A DNA stretch of 64,000 nucleotides from Myxococcales bacterium (GCA_047601445.1 JASGJH010000001.1:7136001-7200000); one strand, 5' to 3'. Positions 35,550 to 46,562 are shown, counted from the first letter of the stretch. A program made the numbers and translations. Notes: generated by a model not told the origin, from the letters alone.

Positions 35550-37505
35550 GTGACATCTTCTCGAAACTCGAGTGCATCGGATCCCACTCGCACCCAGACG
35601 GGTAGCGGGGTCGGACGCACTACGTCGGGCGGGAAGGTTCCGCTGCCACCTCCGCCCTCGTCGCAGAGCACGGCTCCGCACACCACGAGCGGCACGCAAA
35701 GCACCAGTGGGCAAAGCGTGAGCGGTCAGAGCGTGAGTGGTCAGAGCACGAGCGGTCACAACCGCAGCTCGGTTACTGGCAGCGGCCCGAATCGCACCTC
35801 CGTCACCGGCAGCGGGGCTTCGCAGAGCGGCGGCGGCGGTTCGCGCAGTGGCGGGCGCGGTAGTGGCACGGGCGCTCCGTTGCTCGCCATGTGGAAGGAC
35901 ATGCACGGGCGCACGCTCGGCAACTTCCGACTCATCAAGCCCATCGCGGCCGGCGGCATGGGCGCGGTGTTTTTCGCCCGCAAGGAAGCCTTCGGACGCT
36001 TCAGCCAGCCTGCCGCGGTGAAGCTCGTCCATCCGCACTTCGCCAACCAGAAAGACTTCGTCGACATGTTCCTCGACGAAGCCCGCATCGCCTCCTTCGT
36101 GCAGCACTCCAACGTGTGTCGCGTGCTCGATTTCGGCGTGGCCGAGGGCACGTACTACCTCGCCATGGAGTACGTGCACGGCGAGACCTGGGGCGAGCTT
36201 TTCGCGCGCGCCTCCAAGGATGAAGAGAGCAAGACCGTGCTGCCGGTGATCGCCGCCTACGTGGTCTCGCAGGCTTGTGAGGGCTTGCACGCGGCTCACA
36301 TCGCGACCGGCGAGGAGGGGCAGCCGCTGCAGATCGTGCACCGCGACGTATCGCCCCAGAACATCTTCGTGGCCTACGACGGCACGGTGCGCGTGCTGGA
36401 CTTCGGCGTGGCGCGCGCTTCCGAGCGCCTCACCACCACGCGGGCCGGCATCGTGAAGGGCAAGCTCGCCTATATGTCGCCCGAGCAGGTGAGCGGCGGC
36501 ACTCTGGACGCGCGCGTCGACGTCTGGGCGCTCGGCGTCATCTTGCGCGAGGCCCTCGAGGGCAAGCGGTTGTTCCGCCGCGACAGCGATACGGAGACCC
36601 TGCGCGCCGTGGTCGGCGAGCCGTTGCCGCCCTGGTCCGCCGACGTCCCCAAGGACCTCGCGGCCATCGTGGACCGCGCGCTCGAGAAAAACGTCAACGA
36701 GCGCTACGCGAGCGCGCGTGAGATGGGCCTCGCCCTCTCGCGCTACGTGTCGGCGCAGGTCGTGCCCATGGGCAGCCCCGAGCTGTCGAGCTGGATGCAC
36801 CGACTGTTCGCGGACCAGTACGAGCAAAAGCGCGCCATGCTGCTGGCCGACAACGCGCCCGAAGAAGAGGATGACGCGGGCGATAGTGCGCCCGAGCTCG
36901 ATCTCGACCTCGAAGAAGACGCCGAGCCCACGCGTGCTCCGCTGGCGCGCGAGCTGCGCCAGCAACAACCTCAGCCGCAGAGACGGGTGGTTCAACCCAC
37001 TCTCTCGCTACGCACGGCGCGCATTCAACGGCGCCTGGGCTCGGGGCTCGTCGTGATGGGAGCGCTGGTGCTCGGCCTCGCCGCGCTCGTGCTGTACAAG
37101 CGACTCGGGCGCGACGATCCGCATACCGTGACCTTGGTGCGGCCTCCGGTTCCGGCGGTCGCCCCGGTAGTGACTCGAATCGTGACGAGCCCGAGTGAGC
37201 CTGCTTTGGCAGTCCCACAGGCTGCGCAGCCCGCGCCCAGCGACCCCGCAGCGAGCGTCGTGTCGAGCAAGCCCGAGAAAGACGTGGGCGCCGAGCCCGC
37301 CGAGCGCAAGCGCGCCACGCTGTTGATCGCATCCCCCTCGGGTTGGGCCGAGGTGTACCTGGGCAGCCGCAAGCTCGGCACTACGCCGGGCAAGTTCAAG
37401 CTGCCCGAGGGCACCCACACGCTGCTCATCAAGCCCTTCGGCAAGTCCCCTGGCTACACCAAAAAGGTCACCGTGTCGGGCAGCAACAACAAGCTCATTC
37501 TGTGA
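35550..37505 (+). CDS. Membrane Ser/Thr protein kinase with PEGA-like C-terminus
   Basis: AAGGMG, AVK, HRDVSPQN, DFG, YMSPE, DVWALG; TM; LGTTP. Confidence 0.95.
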   Translation: MTSSRNSSASDPTRTQTGSGVGRTTSGGKVPLPPPPSSQSTAPHTTSGTQSTSGQSVSGQSVSGQSTSGHNRSSVTGSGPNRTSVTGSGASQSGGGGSRSGGRGSGTGAPLLAMWKDMHGRTLGNFRLIKPIAAGGMGAVFFARKEAFGRFSQPAAVKLVHPHFANQKDFVDMFLDEARIASFVQHSNVCRVLDFGVAEGTYYLAMEYVHGETWGELFARASKDEESKTVLPVIAAYVVSQACEGLHAAHIATGEEGQPLQIVHRDVSPQNIFVAYDGTVRVLDFGVARASERLTTTRAGIVKGKLAYMSPEQVSGGTLDARVDVWALGVILREALEGKRLFRRDSDTETLRAVVGEPLPPWSADVPKDLAAIVDRALEKNVNERYASAREMGLALSRYVSAQVVPMGSPELSSWMHRLFADQYEQKRAMLLADNAPEEEDDAGDSAPELDLDLEEDAEPTRAPLARELRQQQPQPQRRVVQPTLSLRTARIQRRLGSGLVVMGALVLGLAALVLYKRLGRDDPHTVTLVRPPVPAVAPVVTRIVTSPSEPALAVPQAAQPAPSDPAASVVSSKPEKDVGAEPAERKRATLLIASPSGWAEVYLGSRKLGTTPGKFKLPEGTHTLLIKPFGKSPGYTKKVTVSGSNNKLIL

Positions 37506-37535
37506 GCTGACGGTCGGACTGGGCGGTCTCGACGA

Positions 37536-38744
37536 TCAGATCCCGTAGTTGATCGAGACGCAGCCAAGGATGCTGTGACCGTGGTACGTCCCTGCGCCGC
37601 TCGGGTTGACGTCCGCCGAGACCTTACCGACCGTACCCCCTGAGTACCCGAGTGCGAAGTCCAGCATCATGGTTTCCCGCAGCAGCATGCCCGCGCCGGC
37701 CGAGAAGCCGTACAACAGGTCGCTGGGACCGATCTGCAGCTGCGAAGCGCCACGGTCGCTGGTAGCCGAGTTGCCGAGGTAGAAACCGCCTCGCACGAAC
37801 ACGTCGTCACGCACGGCGTACTCTGCGCCCAGGGTGCCGCGCACGGCGTTTCTCCAGCTGCCTGGTCTGCCCTGCGCGTCGTTCGCCGGATGGGAGTCTC
37901 GGTAGAGCCACACCGCGAAATCGCTCGCGAGCACGAGGCGCTGCTGCATGAGCCGGAGTTCGCCGCCGAACTTGAAGGTGTGCGGCAAAGCATACTCGCC
38001 ACTCGCCGAGCTCTTCTGAGTCTGCCCTGCGACCTTGACCTTGGTGTCGCCGTCGAGGCCTACCGTGACCTTGTTGCGATAGCTGAAGCCGGCGCGGAAC
38101 ATGTCGTTGAAGCGATAGCGAATGCCGACGGACACGCCTGCGAAATTCCAACCGCCGAGCGTGGTGCTGCTCTCGGTGAAGGTGGTGGTGGTCGGTGGCA
38201 TCGGAGGCAAGGGCACGTCGGCACTGATGCGCGCGAAGGTCATGCGATAGCCCGCCGCCAGACTGAGGTTCTTGGTGATGTTCACGGCGATGGGCAGCTG
38301 AATCTCGCCCGCGAAGGCCTTCGTGGACAGATCCTGACCCGCGAACGCGTTGGTGAACTTGACGCTGTAGCCAGAGAACACGTAGGTGGTGAAGCCCAGC
38401 ACGATGCGCTCGTGCACGCGGTAGCCCGCCGCCACGTCGCCGAGACCGCCGAGCTGCCAGTCTCCTTTCACCCGCTCCGGCTGACCGGTGGCCAGATTTG
38501 GGAACGGTGAGTCGATGCGCAAGAGCAACGGTATCAGCGTGCCCGTGACGCTCAGTCGTTTGACCGAGGCGAGGCCCGCCGGGTTTTGCCAGACCGAAGA
38601 GGCATAGTCATTGGACGCGACACCGACACCACCGAGCGCCATGGAACGACCGTCCGATAGGTACGGTGTCTCCGGATTGGCGCGCGCCAGCTGGGTCGCG
38701 CCTAGCCACAGGCAGGCCGCGATGAGTCCGACATACGTCCGCAT
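37536..38744 (-). CDS. OmpP1/FadL/TodX-like outer membrane transporter
   Basis: Signal peptide; RSMALGG...WQNPAGLA; amphipathic beta strands; terminal INYGI. Confidence 0.85.
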   Translation of the reverse strand: MRTYVGLIAACLWLGATQLARANPETPYLSDGRSMALGGVGVASNDYASSVWQNPAGLASVKRLSVTGTLIPLLLRIDSPFPNLATGQPERVKGDWQLGGLGDVAAGYRVHERIVLGFTTYVFSGYSVKFTNAFAGQDLSTKAFAGEIQLPIAVNITKNLSLAAGYRMTFARISADVPLPPMPPTTTTFTESSTTLGGWNFAGVSVGIRYRFNDMFRAGFSYRNKVTVGLDGDTKVKVAGQTQKSSASGEYALPHTFKFGGELRLMQQRLVLASDFAVWLYRDSHPANDAQGRPGSWRNAVRGTLGAEYAVRDDVFVRGGFYLGNSATSDRGASQLQIGPSDLLYGFSAGAGMLLRETMMLDFALGYSGGTVGKVSADVNPSGAGTYHGHSILGCVSINYGI

Positions 38745-39026
38745 ACTGTCTGCAGATGACTTAGCAGCCAAGCGCACGCATCGCGAACGAACTTCACGTC
38801 TGCGCCGGATCCAAAGCGCTCGGCGGTGGGTCGACGCGCGGCTCGCGGCGCGGCGCAAGCGCGACTGCTCCGCGGCAGTTCGACCGCATGAACAGCGCTG
38901 CGCGCGGGCGCGCGCCTCCAAGCGAGGGATCTCGGTGTGGGCGTCTCCAAGGCTGGATAGCGGAGCAGTGCGTGATCTCCCGCCGTTCTTCGAGGTTGCA
39001 CGAAGGCTAACAAAGGGGCCGCATGC

Positions 39027-42000
39027 TCACTCGCCCGTGTCATCCTCTCCGTGCGACTCGCTGTCCGCGGAGAGCAGTTCGCGTACGCGAGCGCGTAGCG
39101 CATCCACGGCGAAAGGCTTCGGGAGCAGCACGGTGCCGTCATCGAGCGTGCCCTTCGCCGACACCATGTCCTCCGAATACCCGGAGACGAACAGTGCCTT
39201 CAACAATGGCCGCTCGCGCGTCAAGGCCCGGTACAGCTCCCGTCCATTCATGCCCGGCATGATGATGTCGCTGATCAAGAGGTCGAGTGTTTGCCCAAGT
39301 TGGTGCGCAAGCACCAATGCATCGCCGGGATCTCCAACCGCCAGCACGCGGTAGCCGTCGCATCGCAGGATATCGGCGACCACCGAGCGCACGGCCGAAT
39401 CGTCCTCCACGACGAGTACGGTTTCGCCCTTTCCCTTGGGCTTGTCGTCCATGGCCGAGGTCGCGGCGGTGATTTGCTCTCCAGGGTCGTCGACGCGCGG
39501 CAGAATCACCTCGAAGGTCGTTCCCTTGCCGATCTCGCTGTGCACCGAGAGCTCTCCTCCGTGTTGTGCCACGATGCCGTGCACGGTGGGTAACCCCAGG
39601 CCAGTTCCCTTGCCAGGGGCCTTGGTGGTGAAGAAGGGCTCGAAGATCCTGTCCAAGGTGTCCGCGTCCATGCCGTGACCGCTGTCGCGGACGCGCAGCA
39701 CCACGCACGCTCCCGATGGCCCGTGCTCCCGATGCGCGTCGGAGGTCGACCCTCGAATGACGCTCTCCGTCTCGAGAACGAGCTGGCCGCCGTCGGGCAT
39801 CGCATCCGCGCCGTTGATGGCGAGGTTCATGATCACGCGGCGGATCTGAGAAGGATCGGCGCTGATTCGACCCACGTTCTGACCCAACCGCAGATCGAAC
39901 GAGACGTTCTCGCGCACCAGCCTCCTGAGGATCTTCTCGAATCGGCGCACCTCCTCGTTGAGGTCGATCACCTGTGGCTCGATGGCTTGTTGGCGACCGA
40001 AGGCCAGGAGCTGCTTGGTCAAGTCCGCCGCCTGGGCAGCCGCATCGCGGATCTGGGTCACCTGCGCGCGGGCGGTGGAGCCGGGCGGCATGGCCCGCGC
40101 GAGCAGCTCGGAGTAGGCGAGGATGGGCGTGAGCAGGTTGTTGAAGTCGTGCGCCACGCCGCCCGCCAGCCGGCCGATGGACTCGAGGCGCTGGGCTTGA
40201 TGGAGCTGCGCCTCCAGGCTCGTGCGCGCCGTCTCGGCCGCGCGTTGTTCGCTGATGTCCTGGAACGCGAGGATGGCGTAGCGCACCGCACCTTGCTCGT
40301 CGCAGATCGGTGTGCCCCAGGCGGCCACCGGCACGGTGCGATCGGGGAGCCGAAACTCCGCGTCGTCGATCATGGAGGTCTCTCCCTGCAAGGCGCGCGC
40401 AAGCGGACTGCGCTCGACCGGATAGGTCTGATCCGTGCCGGCCAAATAGACCTGGTATGTCTCGGCCACTTCGGCCACCGAGAGGTTGAGGGACGGCTCG
40501 AAGGGCTTTCCGCTGATCTCCACCGCGCGCTTGTTGGTGACCACGGGCCGCCCTTTGGCGTCGACCACGTACACACCGACTGGCATGCCCTCGAAGAAGT
40601 CTCGCAGCATGGCCTCGCGCTGCTTGAGTGCGAGATTGAGGTGCTGCGTCGAGTCGTAGAGGCGGGCGTTCTCGAGCGAGATCGCGGCCTGGGAGAGCAA
40701 GAGGTGCAGGACCTCGAGGCGTTGCTCCGTGAACACCCCAGAGGAGAGGTCGTTCTCCAGGAATAGGACGCCCGCGATCTGGTCGCGATGACGTAGCGCC
40801 ATGCACAGGACGGACTTGGCATGGTGCGCGATCACGTAGGGATCCGAGGCGAAGTCGCCGCGCTGCGCCGCGTCCGAGAGCACGACGTCTTCGCCGGTGC
40901 GCAGCGTGTAGCGGACGATGGCCTCCGAGACCAGGTTCGCCATGTCCTCATCGGCATTGGCAGGGACCAGGCGTGCGCTGCGCTGTGCGTCTAGGTGAGC
41001 CTCGATGCGCAGGCTGCCGTCGTCCGCAGCCAACAGCACGCCGCGCGACGCGCCCGAGGTCTGGACGATCACGCGCATGATCTTCTCCAGCAGCGCGGCC
41101 AGCGCAATCTCGCTCGAGAGGGCCTGCGACGCGCGCACCACGCTGACTGTGTCGAGCGAAAGGGGGGGAGCGGCAGCTTCCGCTTCGCGCGCGAGCTCGG
41201 GATGATCGTCTTCCAGCTGACGAACCTTCCCGAGGGCGCCCCAGCGCAGGTACCCCGCGCGGGCCGATTCCAGGTAGGTTCGTGCTATCTGGGAGCGTGC
41301 ACGTCGCCGGTAGGCGCGCGCCGCGAGCTCGGCTGCCAGCGCGGCGTGGTGTGAGTATCCGTTCGCTTCGGCTCCCTGGATCGCCTCGTTGTAGAGGAAG
41401 GTAGCAGTCTCGACGCGCCCCTCGAACTCCGCCAGCTCGGCGAGCACCAGCTGGTATCGATGTTGGAAGTTCATCGGTGCGCTCTCCGCCCAGCGTGCGA
41501 GCAACCGCTTCTTCGAGCGCAGCATGCGCCGCACGGCGCGACGGTCGAGCTCGCGATCGCGCAGACCCTCCACCAGGGCGAGGCAAGCGAAGAAGCCGTA
41601 CTCGGTGAGTCGGATCAAGGCCACGTTGCTGGTTTCGATCATGCGGTCGTGCTCGAGGAGGATGCGGACGGCCTCCCGAGGTTGCCCGAAGAGCGTGTGC
41701 AAGATGGTCTTGATGATGAGCAGGAGGCCGCGTGTACCCTTCGCCGAGATCGCCTGCGCCTCCGCGAAGATGTCCGACTCGGCTCGGTCGCCCGTGCTGA
41801 GGCTGGCGGGGCCCTGGGTCTCACCGTGCAAGCAGCGCAAGCACTGCCGGAAGATGCTTTGTTCCAGCGTCACCTGTTCGGAGCGAAACGAGCGTATCGA
41901 GCGTTCGCGTAGCTCGAGGTCCTGCAGCAGGAGTCCGACTGGATCCCCGAGCCAGATGCGGAGCTCCGTGAGGGACTTCGACGCCTGGGCCGTGTAGAAG

Positions 42001-45000
42001 AGGTCTCCACTCTCGAGACCGACCTCCACCGCGCTCTCCAGGATCGGGATCGACGTCCTGAGGTGGTTCTCCGCGTAGGCGTTCATGAACAGGGCGAAGA
42101 GCGTGTAGGTGCTGCAGCGGAGCGCAAAGCCGTCATCGCGGTCTGCGAGCGAGAGCGCAAAGCGGCCGAACGCGAGAGCCTGGGCGAAATCTCGCCTGAA
42201 GCCGATCAAGAATGCCCCGTAGACCAGGCAGCCGATGGCGGACTCCGTGGTGACGCCATGCTTGATGGTGAGGCTGACGCTCTCGTGGACAGCCCAGATG
42301 CCCAGCATCTGATCCGCCGCGTTGGCCGAGTAGGTGATCTTGCCGAGGATCTTCGCCACCGCGATGAGACGCGGATCGGTCATCACGGGCAGCTTCGGGA
42401 GGTCTTCTGCGCGCTTGCCTGCCATCAAGATGGCGAGCTTGGCCGCCGCCATCGCCGCGGCGACGGGAGCCGGCACGCTCGGCACGGGATGGTCGAGCTC
42501 CGCCAGGGCCTCGCGCCCGAGCTGCAGGGTGCGCGTGTGCTCGCCGCGGCTGGTCGCGAGCTCGATGCGGACCAACTGCAGCTCCGCCTTCTCCGGCGCA
42601 CTGCGTACCTTGGGCAAGAAAGCGGTCGCGCACTCCTCGGCTTCCGCGAACAGTCCCGCGAGGTAGGCGCACTCTGCGTAGCCGAAATGCAGTCCATAGG
42701 CCACGGCGTAATGCTCGGTCCAGGCGTCCTCCGAGAGCAGGGCCATGCCGCGTTGGAAATAGGCGAGCCCTTCTCGGTAGGCCGTGGTGCGGCGCGCGCG
42801 CCGGCCTGCCTCGAGGTTCAACGCGGCGATCTCGTTGCGTTCGGCCTGATCGGTCACCAGTGAGATGCCGCGGTTGAGTTGCTCGGTCATCTCGAAGACA
42901 CGCTCGGTCCGCTCGGCGCCTCGTGCACTCGCGCGCAGAATCCTGCCGAGCCGCAAGTGAAGCTCCGGACGGTCGGCCTCGAGGGTGCTTTCGTAGGCAG
43001 CCTGCTGCACGCGGTCGTGCAAGAAGCGGTAGCGATGGTCGGACTGTTCGATCTCCTGGGCGCGCGTCGACCGGCGCGTGTCGGAGTCCTCGGCGACCTC
43101 GGAGGACTTCGCTCCCATGTCGCGGACGAGCTCGATGGAGTAGTTGGGGTCGAGCGGCACCAGCAGGCGCTCGCGGATCGCCGGCGCCAGGCGTGCGCGC
43201 ATCTCCACCGGGGGCACATCGAGGGCCTCCGCCAGAAAGCCCAGTTCGAAGCGGTTCCCGATACAGGCTCCGACTCGTAGTGCTTGCTGGGTCGCAGGCG
43301 GCAAGCGCTCGAGCTTGCGCACCATCAGGTCCACGACGTTGGGCGTGATGCCGAGGGCGCCGATGGCCGCCAAGTTCCAGACCCAACGGCGCTGCGAAGC
43401 GGAGAAGCTCAACAGCTTCTCTTCATCCAGCGTGCGCAGGAATTCCTCGACGAAGAAGGGGTTTCCGGAGGTCTTCTCGTACACCAGCTGCGCGAGTTCA
43501 CGGGCCTCGCTGGGCGTGGTGCGGACGGCGTCCGCGATCAGGGCCGTCACCTCTTTTTGCGACAGCCCTCCGAGATGCAGGACGCACACGTCCACGGATG
43601 CAAGGCGTAGCTCGTCCAGCGTGATCGCCAACGGATGCGACGCATCCACCTCGTTGTCTCGGTATGCGCCGATGATGAGCAAATGGCTCGGTTGCGACGC
43701 GCGCATGAGGGCGTCGATGGCGTGCAGCGACGCGGGGTCGGCCCACTGCAGGTCGTCCAGAAACAATACGAGCGGCTGGCCCTCGCGCGCGAACGCCGTC
43801 AAGAACGCGGCCAGCGTGAGGTCGAAGCGATGTTGCACTTCGAGCAGCCCCGTTTCGGGCACGCTGGGTTGCGGTCCGATGATGCGCTCCAGAATCGGCA
43901 CCAGCTCCACGATCAGCTGCGCGTTTCTCGGCACCTGCTTCAGGATCCGCTCGCGCCACTCGCCCAGCTCCTCCTCCGGCAAGCTGAGTAGACTCCGACA
44001 GAGCTGCGTGAGGGCCTGTCCGAGCGCGAAGTAGGGCTCGTGGCGGTGCAGCGGATCGAACTTGCCGGCTGCGAAGCGACCACGCCGTTCGACGATCGGC
44101 TTGTGGACTTCGTTGACCAAACAAGACTTGCCGATTCCAGAGTAGCCGCTCACCAGCAGCCAGAGCTTCTCGCCCTGCGCTGCGCGCGCGAATGCCTGCA
44201 AGAGCTCTTCGCGCTCGGCATCGCGTCCGTACAGCCGCTCCGGGATCTGAAATCGCTCGGGTGCATCGTATCTGCCGAGCGCGAACTCGGTCACGGAGCC
44301 GGTCTCACGGTACTGAGCGAGGCATTCTTCGAGGTCCTGGGTGATGCCGGCGGCGCTCTGGTAGCGGGCCTCGGCGTTCTTCTGCAGGAGCTTGCCGACG
44401 ACCTTGGAGACTTGCTTGGGGATGTGAGGATCGAGCTGCCAGAGGTCGCGCGGAGGAACGGCGAGGTGGGCATGGACCAACGCCAGCGGATCGGAGATCT
44501 CGAACGGCGGATGGCCCACCAAGACGTGATAGAGGGTGGCGCCCAACGAGTAGAAGTCGGTCCGATAGTCCACCGTGCGGTTCATGCGCCCGGTTTGCTC
44601 GGGAGAAATGTAAGGCAGGGGAATGGCGCGCTCGTTCAAGTGTCGGGCTGGATCCGGGCGGTGCGTGAGGAGCGAAGCCTCCGAGAAGTCGACGATCTTG
44701 GCGGTCCAGGTCGCGGTGTCCACGACGATGTTGCCCGGATGAATGCTGCGGTGCGTGACGCCCTGCGCATGGATGTCCACCAGGCCGGCCGCGATTTGCA
44801 GGCCGATCTGGAGTCCCTTCTCCAGCGGCAGCCGTCCGCGTGCGAGGAGATCCCTCAGGGACGTGTCACCGAACGCCTCTTGCACCAGCGCCGCGCGATT
44901 GTCGAACGGTTCCACGCCGAGGTAAGCGACCACGTGTCGCGAGTGGATGGGGGCCGCGATCTCGAACTCACGCCAGGCGCGCGCGCGCATGTCTGGCAAG

Positions 45001-45164
45001 GACTCCCCGGCACTCCACTTGAGCACGACGCGGTCTCCTGACGCTGCGCGCACGGCCCGCGCGACATTGGAGCGGCGTCCTCTGTGGACTTGCGCCTCGA
45101 GTCTGTACCCGGAAATCATGCTCCCATCCGCGGCATGAGCCTGCGCGACGTCGTTCAAAGGCAA
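39027..45164 (-). CDS. Multidomain hybrid sensor: Ser/Thr (pseudo)kinase, AAA ATPase, helical repeats, GAF, PAS, HisKA/HATPase and REC
   Basis: YISPEQTGRMNR.VDYRTDFYSLG; GYSGIGKS; FLDDLQWAD; FLHDRVQQAAY; AHDFNNLL; FEPFFTTK..GKGTGLGL; SDIIMPGM. Confidence 0.95.
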   Translation of the reverse strand: MPLNDVAQAHAADGSMISGYRLEAQVHRGRRSNVARAVRAASGDRVVLKWSAGESLPDMRARAWREFEIAAPIHSRHVVAYLGVEPFDNRAALVQEAFGDTSLRDLLARGRLPLEKGLQIGLQIAAGLVDIHAQGVTHRSIHPGNIVVDTATWTAKIVDFSEASLLTHRPDPARHLNERAIPLPYISPEQTGRMNRTVDYRTDFYSLGATLYHVLVGHPPFEISDPLALVHAHLAVPPRDLWQLDPHIPKQVSKVVGKLLQKNAEARYQSAAGITQDLEECLAQYRETGSVTEFALGRYDAPERFQIPERLYGRDAEREELLQAFARAAQGEKLWLLVSGYSGIGKSCLVNEVHKPIVERRGRFAAGKFDPLHRHEPYFALGQALTQLCRSLLSLPEEELGEWRERILKQVPRNAQLIVELVPILERIIGPQPSVPETGLLEVQHRFDLTLAAFLTAFAREGQPLVLFLDDLQWADPASLHAIDALMRASQPSHLLIIGAYRDNEVDASHPLAITLDELRLASVDVCVLHLGGLSQKEVTALIADAVRTTPSEARELAQLVYEKTSGNPFFVEEFLRTLDEEKLLSFSASQRRWVWNLAAIGALGITPNVVDLMVRKLERLPPATQQALRVGACIGNRFELGFLAEALDVPPVEMRARLAPAIRERLLVPLDPNYSIELVRDMGAKSSEVAEDSDTRRSTRAQEIEQSDHRYRFLHDRVQQAAYESTLEADRPELHLRLGRILRASARGAERTERVFEMTEQLNRGISLVTDQAERNEIAALNLEAGRRARRTTAYREGLAYFQRGMALLSEDAWTEHYAVAYGLHFGYAECAYLAGLFAEAEECATAFLPKVRSAPEKAELQLVRIELATSRGEHTRTLQLGREALAELDHPVPSVPAPVAAAMAAAKLAILMAGKRAEDLPKLPVMTDPRLIAVAKILGKITYSANAADQMLGIWAVHESVSLTIKHGVTTESAIGCLVYGAFLIGFRRDFAQALAFGRFALSLADRDDGFALRCSTYTLFALFMNAYAENHLRTSIPILESAVEVGLESGDLFYTAQASKSLTELRIWLGDPVGLLLQDLELRERSIRSFRSEQVTLEQSIFRQCLRCLHGETQGPASLSTGDRAESDIFAEAQAISAKGTRGLLLIIKTILHTLFGQPREAVRILLEHDRMIETSNVALIRLTEYGFFACLALVEGLRDRELDRRAVRRMLRSKKRLLARWAESAPMNFQHRYQLVLAELAEFEGRVETATFLYNEAIQGAEANGYSHHAALAAELAARAYRRRARSQIARTYLESARAGYLRWGALGKVRQLEDDHPELAREAEAAAPPLSLDTVSVVRASQALSSEIALAALLEKIMRVIVQTSGASRGVLLAADDGSLRIEAHLDAQRSARLVPANADEDMANLVSEAIVRYTLRTGEDVVLSDAAQRGDFASDPYVIAHHAKSVLCMALRHRDQIAGVLFLENDLSSGVFTEQRLEVLHLLLSQAAISLENARLYDSTQHLNLALKQREAMLRDFFEGMPVGVYVVDAKGRPVVTNKRAVEISGKPFEPSLNLSVAEVAETYQVYLAGTDQTYPVERSPLARALQGETSMIDDAEFRLPDRTVPVAAWGTPICDEQGAVRYAILAFQDISEQRAAETARTSLEAQLHQAQRLESIGRLAGGVAHDFNNLLTPILAYSELLARAMPPGSTARAQVTQIRDAAAQAADLTKQLLAFGRQQAIEPQVIDLNEEVRRFEKILRRLVRENVSFDLRLGQNVGRISADPSQIRRVIMNLAINGADAMPDGGQLVLETESVIRGSTSDAHREHGPSGACVVLRVRDSGHGMDADTLDRIFEPFFTTKAPGKGTGLGLPTVHGIVAQHGGELSVHSEIGKGTTFEVILPRVDDPGEQITAATSAMDDKPKGKGETVLVVEDDSAVRSVVADILRCDGYRVLAVGDPGDALVLAHQLGQTLDLLISDIIMPGMNGRELYRALTRERPLLKALFVSGYSEDMVSAKGTLDDGTVLLPKPFAVDALRARVRELLSADSESHGEDDTGE

Positions 45165-45406
45165 GCGAGCGGCGCTCCATCCCCCGATGGATCCAGCCGT
45201 ATCTCAGATCAAGCTACCATGCGGCCTTTGGCTCCGCTCCGTGAGGGTCCAGGTAGTCGCTGGCGCCGTGCGGGACTGGAATATGCTTGGTTCGCCGCAA
45301 GTGTCAGACTGCGAGTTCGCTCACGAGCACGGTGCACAGTCGTGCGTGCTGCCACGATGGCATCGCCTGCCCGTCGAGCTGCCCAGGACGCTCCATCTCT
45401 TGCGGA

Positions 45407-46465
45407 CTAGAAGGTCTCGCACACGTAGGTCAGCGCGGCCGAACAAGCACTGTCATTCCAGGTGCCGTCAATACCGATGGTGGCGCAATCTTCGCCTTCC
45501 GGGCAGGGGCCCGACGGGTAGCAGAGTTCGTTGCTGAATGTGTTGTCGGGTTGGCCTGCCGCCCAGTTGACGTACTGGCCGGCGCCCGCCACGCACTGCT
45601 TGGAGTCGGTGTTGAGGTCGCACAGCGCGGGACCGCGCGCGTTGTTCGCCGGGCCGTCGATCCAGGTCCACTTGCCCTCGTCGCCTTGTTTGACGCAGGT
45701 GGTCTTGCAATCGAGGGCATACACCTTACCGTTGTCGCCCTTGTCGTTGGCGCCGATCCAGCGCGTCACGCCACCCAGCTTCGAGGCTACGTACGCGTTT
45801 TCGTCGGCCGAGTTGATCACCACCAGGTCCGTGCTGTGGGAGCGACAGCCCTTGCGAGCGTTGTCCCAGCTGGCTGCGGACGGGCACACCAGATACGTGT
45901 GGCCGTTGTATTCGCTGCAGGCGCAGTCGCCCTCGTCGACCTTGCAACCGCTCGGGCAGCCTTCCGGGGGACACTTTCCGGCATCTGCGGGCGGGTCGGG
46001 GATGACGACGACACCCGAGTCATCGACCGGGGTTACGCCGCCGTCGTCGATGCGGGGCAGGGAGCCATCCATCTCGGGCATCTGTAGGTCACAGGCGTCC
46101 GTGGTGAGCGTGAAGCTGAGGCTCTTGGCGGGTAGGGCCTGGGCGCGGCAGGCGGTTGCGACCGGCACCTGCATGGCGCTGTCCTCGAAGGCGGTGACTT
46201 CGAGGAAGTAGTCGCCCGGGGAGACGATCTCGTCAGGGCCGGCTTCGCCCCGCACGAGGGTCGCATCGTAGGCCGCATCGGTGCCGCCGCAGGCGTCCCG
46301 GAGGACGCGGACCCGCAGGGTCATGGTGCGCATGGCGTCGCTCGGGCACTTAAAGTCGATGGTCCAGCGCAGGTCTGCCGGACCGTCTCCGGGACAGGCG
46401 GTCAAGAACCAGGCGCTGGAGAGAACCAAGAGAAGCGACGATACGAAGCGAGCCAACCTCATCAC
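45407..46465 (-). CDS. Lipoprotein with a C-type lectin domain
   Basis: Lipobox LTAC; YNGHTY, W.NARKGC, DLVVINS.DEN, WIGAND, W.WIDG, NWAAGQPDN, EDC, WND..C, YVCE. Confidence 0.9.
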   Translation of the reverse strand: MMRLARFVSSLLLVLSSAWFLTACPGDGPADLRWTIDFKCPSDAMRTMTLRVRVLRDACGGTDAAYDATLVRGEAGPDEIVSPGDYFLEVTAFEDSAMQVPVATACRAQALPAKSLSFTLTTDACDLQMPEMDGSLPRIDDGGVTPVDDSGVVVIPDPPADAGKCPPEGCPSGCKVDEGDCACSEYNGHTYLVCPSAASWDNARKGCRSHSTDLVVINSADENAYVASKLGGVTRWIGANDKGDNGKVYALDCKTTCVKQGDEGKWTWIDGPANNARGPALCDLNTDSKQCVAGAGQYVNWAAGQPDNTFSNELCYPSGPCPEGEDCATIGIDGTWNDSACSAALTYVCETF

Positions 46466-46562
46466 TGTACAGCCAACCTCTCACCCGGCGTTCCGAATTG
46501 TTTGCCTTTCGTAGCGTTCCTGGGGCGGTCCTTGGTAGTAATTGTGATCGACTGGAGGCAGC

